Origin: Pseudomonadota bacterium
Lineage (GTDB): Bacteria > Desulfobacterota > Desulfobacteria > Desulfobacterales > RPRI01
Assembly (NCBI GenBank): GCA_043825875.1
Contig: JBDRRF010000057.1
Location: 1 to 64,000, forward strand
Reading direction: 5' to 3'
DNA length: 64,000 nt
Numbering within the stretch: position 1 is the stretch's first letter; each line of letters starts with the position of its first letter. The notes beneath the pieces are model-generated. The model was not told the origin of the DNA, made no database searches, and was given only the letters and a program-made list of their open reading frames with translations. Positions 61,207 through 64,000 of this stretch are shown in pieces. The translations under genes and the position numbers were made by a program.

Positions 61207-62076
61207 ATGAACTATGAAGGAAATATTATAAGGCCGCCAAGCGAGGCAAACAGTATCCTGATTCAGGTTACGGTGGGATGCTCCAGAAATAAATGCACTT
61301 TTTGCGGCACTTATATGGGAGAGCGTTTTAAAATAAAACCCGATTCCATTATTATGGAGGATATAGCTTTTGCGGCAAAATACTGCAAACGCCAGCTGCG
61401 TGTTTTTCTGTGCGATGGGGATGTTCTTATAATACCGCAGAAAAGACTTGTTAAAATCCTTACCGAAATAAAAAAGCAGCTTCCCTGGGTTGTAAGGGTC
61501 GGCTCATATGCCAATGCCAAAAGCCTTAATTCAAAAACCCTTGATCAGCTTAAGGAACTCAAAGCTCTCGGTTTAAGCATTGTATATATGGGGCTTGAAT
61601 CAGGTGATGATGTTACTCTGGAAAATATTAAAAAGGGTGCCTCTTCAGAACATATGATAGAAATGGGCAAAAAAGCCAAAGAGGCCGGATTTAAAATTTC
61701 AATTACAGTTCTTCTTGGAATAGCAGGAAGAGAGCGCTCTATTATTCACGCAAAAGAAACCGGAAGAGTGCTTTCTGCAATCAGCCCGGAATATATGGGA
61801 GCATTGAGTCTTATGCTGATACCCGGAACTCCTTTGCATGACGATTATGAATCCGGTAAATTTGAGCTTATTACTCCGCTTGAAATGTTAAAAGAACTGC
61901 GGGCAATGATAGAGGCCACAAATGTTTCAAAAGGCCAGTTCCATGCCAATCATGCTTCAAACTATCTGTCGATAAGAGCAAGGTTGCCAAGAGATAAGGA
62001 ATCTACATTAGCACAGATCGATAAGGCTCTTTCCGGCAAAATTTCATTAAGACCTGAATATCTTAGGGCAATGTAA
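61207..62076 (+). CDS. Radical SAM protein
   Basis: CSRNKCTFC (CxxxCxxC), GLESG, ANHASNY. Confidence 0.92.
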   Translation: MNYEGNIIRPPSEANSILIQVTVGCSRNKCTFCGTYMGERFKIKPDSIIMEDIAFAAKYCKRQLRVFLCDGDVLIIPQKRLVKILTEIKKQLPWVVRVGSYANAKSLNSKTLDQLKELKALGLSIVYMGLESGDDVTLENIKKGASSEHMIEMGKKAKEAGFKISITVLLGIAGRERSIIHAKETGRVLSAISPEYMGALSLMLIPGTPLHDDYESGKFELITPLEMLKELRAMIEATNVSKGQFHANHASNYLSIRARLPRDKESTLAQIDKALSGKISLRPEYLRAM

Positions 62077-62209
62077 AATACATATAAAGGGAAGCTGCTA
62101 ACTTCCTGGTAATTAAATTGATTTTATCAGACTTCAATAAATCCTTGCGTATGTTTTAAAACAGGTATAACAAATTCCTTCAAAATTATATAAATCGACT
62201 TTAAAATAA

Positions 62210-62361
62210 GATGGATTTGCAAAAAGACATAATTGAAACGGCTTCGTAAAAGCTTCATATGCAAGGCGCGCAATTCTTGAGGAATGAAGCGTACTTATTC
62301 GTACGCTGCAATGACGAAAGAAAAAGCGCAACACAGCAGAGGAAGTTTTTACAAAACCGTC
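62210..62361. mobile_element. MITE-like repeat with AATAA flanking duplication
   Basis: AATAA|GATGGATTTGCAAAAA...TTTTTACAAAACCGTC|AATAA; internal GCGTAC-TTATTC-GTACGC hairpin. Confidence 0.7.
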
Positions 62362-62377
62362 AATAAGGAGAAAAAAC

Positions 62378-64000
62378 ATGGGTAATGATACGCCTGAAAA
62401 CCAAAAGAATATAGATCAACTTTGTATAAACACTATACGGGCACTTGCAATGGATGCAATTCAGAAGGCCAATTCCGGGCATCCGGGTGCTCCTATGGGC
62501 CTTGCGCCTTTAGCTTATACGCTCTGGACTCGCATATTAAAACATAATCCGGCAAATCCTGCATGGTTCAACAGAGACAGGTTTATACTTTCCGGCGGGC
62601 ATGCATCCATGCTTCTTTACAGCATGTTGTATCTGACAGGCTATGACCTTTCACTCGATGACATTAAAAATTTCAGGCAATGGCAAAGTAAAACTCCCGG
62701 GCATCCTGAATACGGGCATACACCCGGAGTTGAGACGACCACAGGACCTCTGGGCCAGGGATTTGCCAATGCAGTTGGCATGGCAATGGCAGAAAGACAC
62801 ATTGCAGCCTGTTATAACACCCAAGAGAGTGAAATCATAGATCACCACACATTTGTGGTTTGCGGCGACGGGGATCTCATGGAAGGAATCACTTCTGAAG
62901 CCGCTTCTATTGCAGGACATCTCGGCCTTTCAAAACTCATATGCATTTATGATGACAATAAGATATCGATAGAAGGAACAACAGCTATCGCATTCACCGA
63001 AGACGTAGGCGCAAGATTCAAAGCCTATAACTGGCATGTACAAAAAGTTGAAGACGGAAATGATGTTGATGCAATCTTAAAAGCTCTTAAAAAAGCAAAA
63101 GCCGAGAAAAATAAACCTTCTTTAATAATGCTGCGTACCCACATAGCTTATGGTAGCCCAAACAAGCAGGATACTCCCGATGCTCATGGAGCACCTTTGG
63201 GCGAAGAAGAAATCAAGCTTACAAAGAAAAACCTGGGTTGTCCCGATGATACCCCTTTTTGCGTAACTGATCAGGCACTTGAGTTTTGCCGTAAATGTAT
63301 TGATAAAGGTAAAAAAGCCGAGAAAAAATGGCAAAGACAATTCAAATCATATGAAAATGATTCTCCCGATCTTGCAGCCGGATTAAAGGATGCGATAAAC
63401 GGCAATTTACCCGAAGGCTGGGAAAGCGGACTTCCTTCTTTTTCAAGTACGGATAAGGCAATTGCTACCAGATCGGCATCAGGCAAGGTCTTAAACGCAA
63501 TTGCCCAGAAAGTAACTAATCTTATTGGAGGATCAGCAGACCTGGCCCCTTCAAACAATACTATTATAAAAGAATCATTTGACTTCCAAAAAGGCAGCTA
63601 TGATGGCCGTAACATTCGTTTCGGGGTTAGAGAACATGCAATGGGCGCTATACTTTCCGGTTTGGCTCTTCACGGAGGAATAAAGCCGTTTGGCGGAACC
63701 TTTCTCGTATTTTCCGATTATATGCGCCCATCAATTCGCCTTGCAGCTTTGATGAAAATACCGGTAATATATGTATTTACCCACGACAGCATAGCTGTTG
63801 GAGAAGACGGCCCGACTCATCAGCCAGTCGAACATACTGCAAGCTTACGCGCTATTTCCGGATTAACGGTTATCAGACCCTGTGACGCCAATGAAACAAA
63901 AGAGGCCTGGCGCTTTGCAATTAAAAACACACAAGGACCGGTTGCACTCATTCTTAGCCGCCAGAATCTTCCGATAATAGAAAGAACTGAATCCAATTCA
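62378..64000 (+). CDS. tkt: Transketolase, 3' end outside the window
   Basis: [47 protein letters not shown] read from the DNA; absent from the ORF track because it has no stop in the window. Confidence 0.96.
   Translation, partial: MGNDTPENQKNIDQLCINTIRALAMDAIQKANSGHPGAPMGLAPLAYTLWTRILKHNPANPAWFNRDRFILSGGHASMLLYSMLYLTGYDLSLDDIKNFRQWQSKTPGHPEYGHTPGVETTTGPLGQGFANAVGMAMAERHIAACYNTQESEIIDHHTFVVCGDGDLMEGITSEAASIAGHLGLSKLICIYDDNKISIEGTTAIAFTEDVGARFKAYNWHVQKVEDGNDVDAILKALKKAKAEKNKPSLIMLRTHIAYGSPNKQDTPDAHGAPLGEEEIKLTKKNLGCPDDTPFCVTDQALEFCRKCIDKGKKAEKKWQRQFKSYENDSPDLAAGLKDAINGNLPEGWESGLPSFSSTDKAIATRSASGKVLNAIAQKVTNLIGGSADLAPSNNTIIKESFDFQKGSYDGRNIRFGVREHAMGAILSGLALHGGIKPFGGTFLVFSDYMRPSIRLAALMKIPVIYVFTHDSIAVGEDGPTHQPVEHTASLRAISGLTVIRPCDANETKEAWRFAIKNTQGPVALILSRQNLPIIERTESNS

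Noticed and set aside
1..64000. CRISPR array, rRNA, tRNA, integron integrase
   Set aside because: No regularly spaced repeat-spacer units, no RNA gene signatures and no tyrosine recombinase ORF seen by eye.

Overview
AT-rich chromosomal window from a sulfate-reducing Desulfobacterota (Desulfobacterales-like) organism; taxonomy is inferred from the hmc operon, PEP-CTERM gene and repeat types. Core genes include thrS, an alaC-type aminotransferase, an AOR-family oxidoreductase with a class II aldolase, nadK, two ABC modules, a complete hmcABCDEF operon followed by usp, rrf1, a sensor kinase and rrf2, hsp20/lon, rlpA, gmhB, recD2, amtB, a radical SAM gene and a partial tkt. Accessory DNA includes an IS-truncated gene at the left edge, a decaying four-cassette integron array with no integrase in the window (12.3-14.4 kb), a four-module toxin-antitoxin cluster with attC traces (48.3-52.4 kb), a sigma-54 PEP-CTERM gene and several MITE/REP-like repeats. 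The most notable observation is an unannotated Ala-rich 17-aa leader ORF, followed by mutually exclusive hairpins and an intrinsic terminator, upstream of alaC: a candidate alanine-sensing ribosome-mediated attenuator. No rRNA, tRNA or CRISPR array was seen. All calls were made by eye, without database searches.
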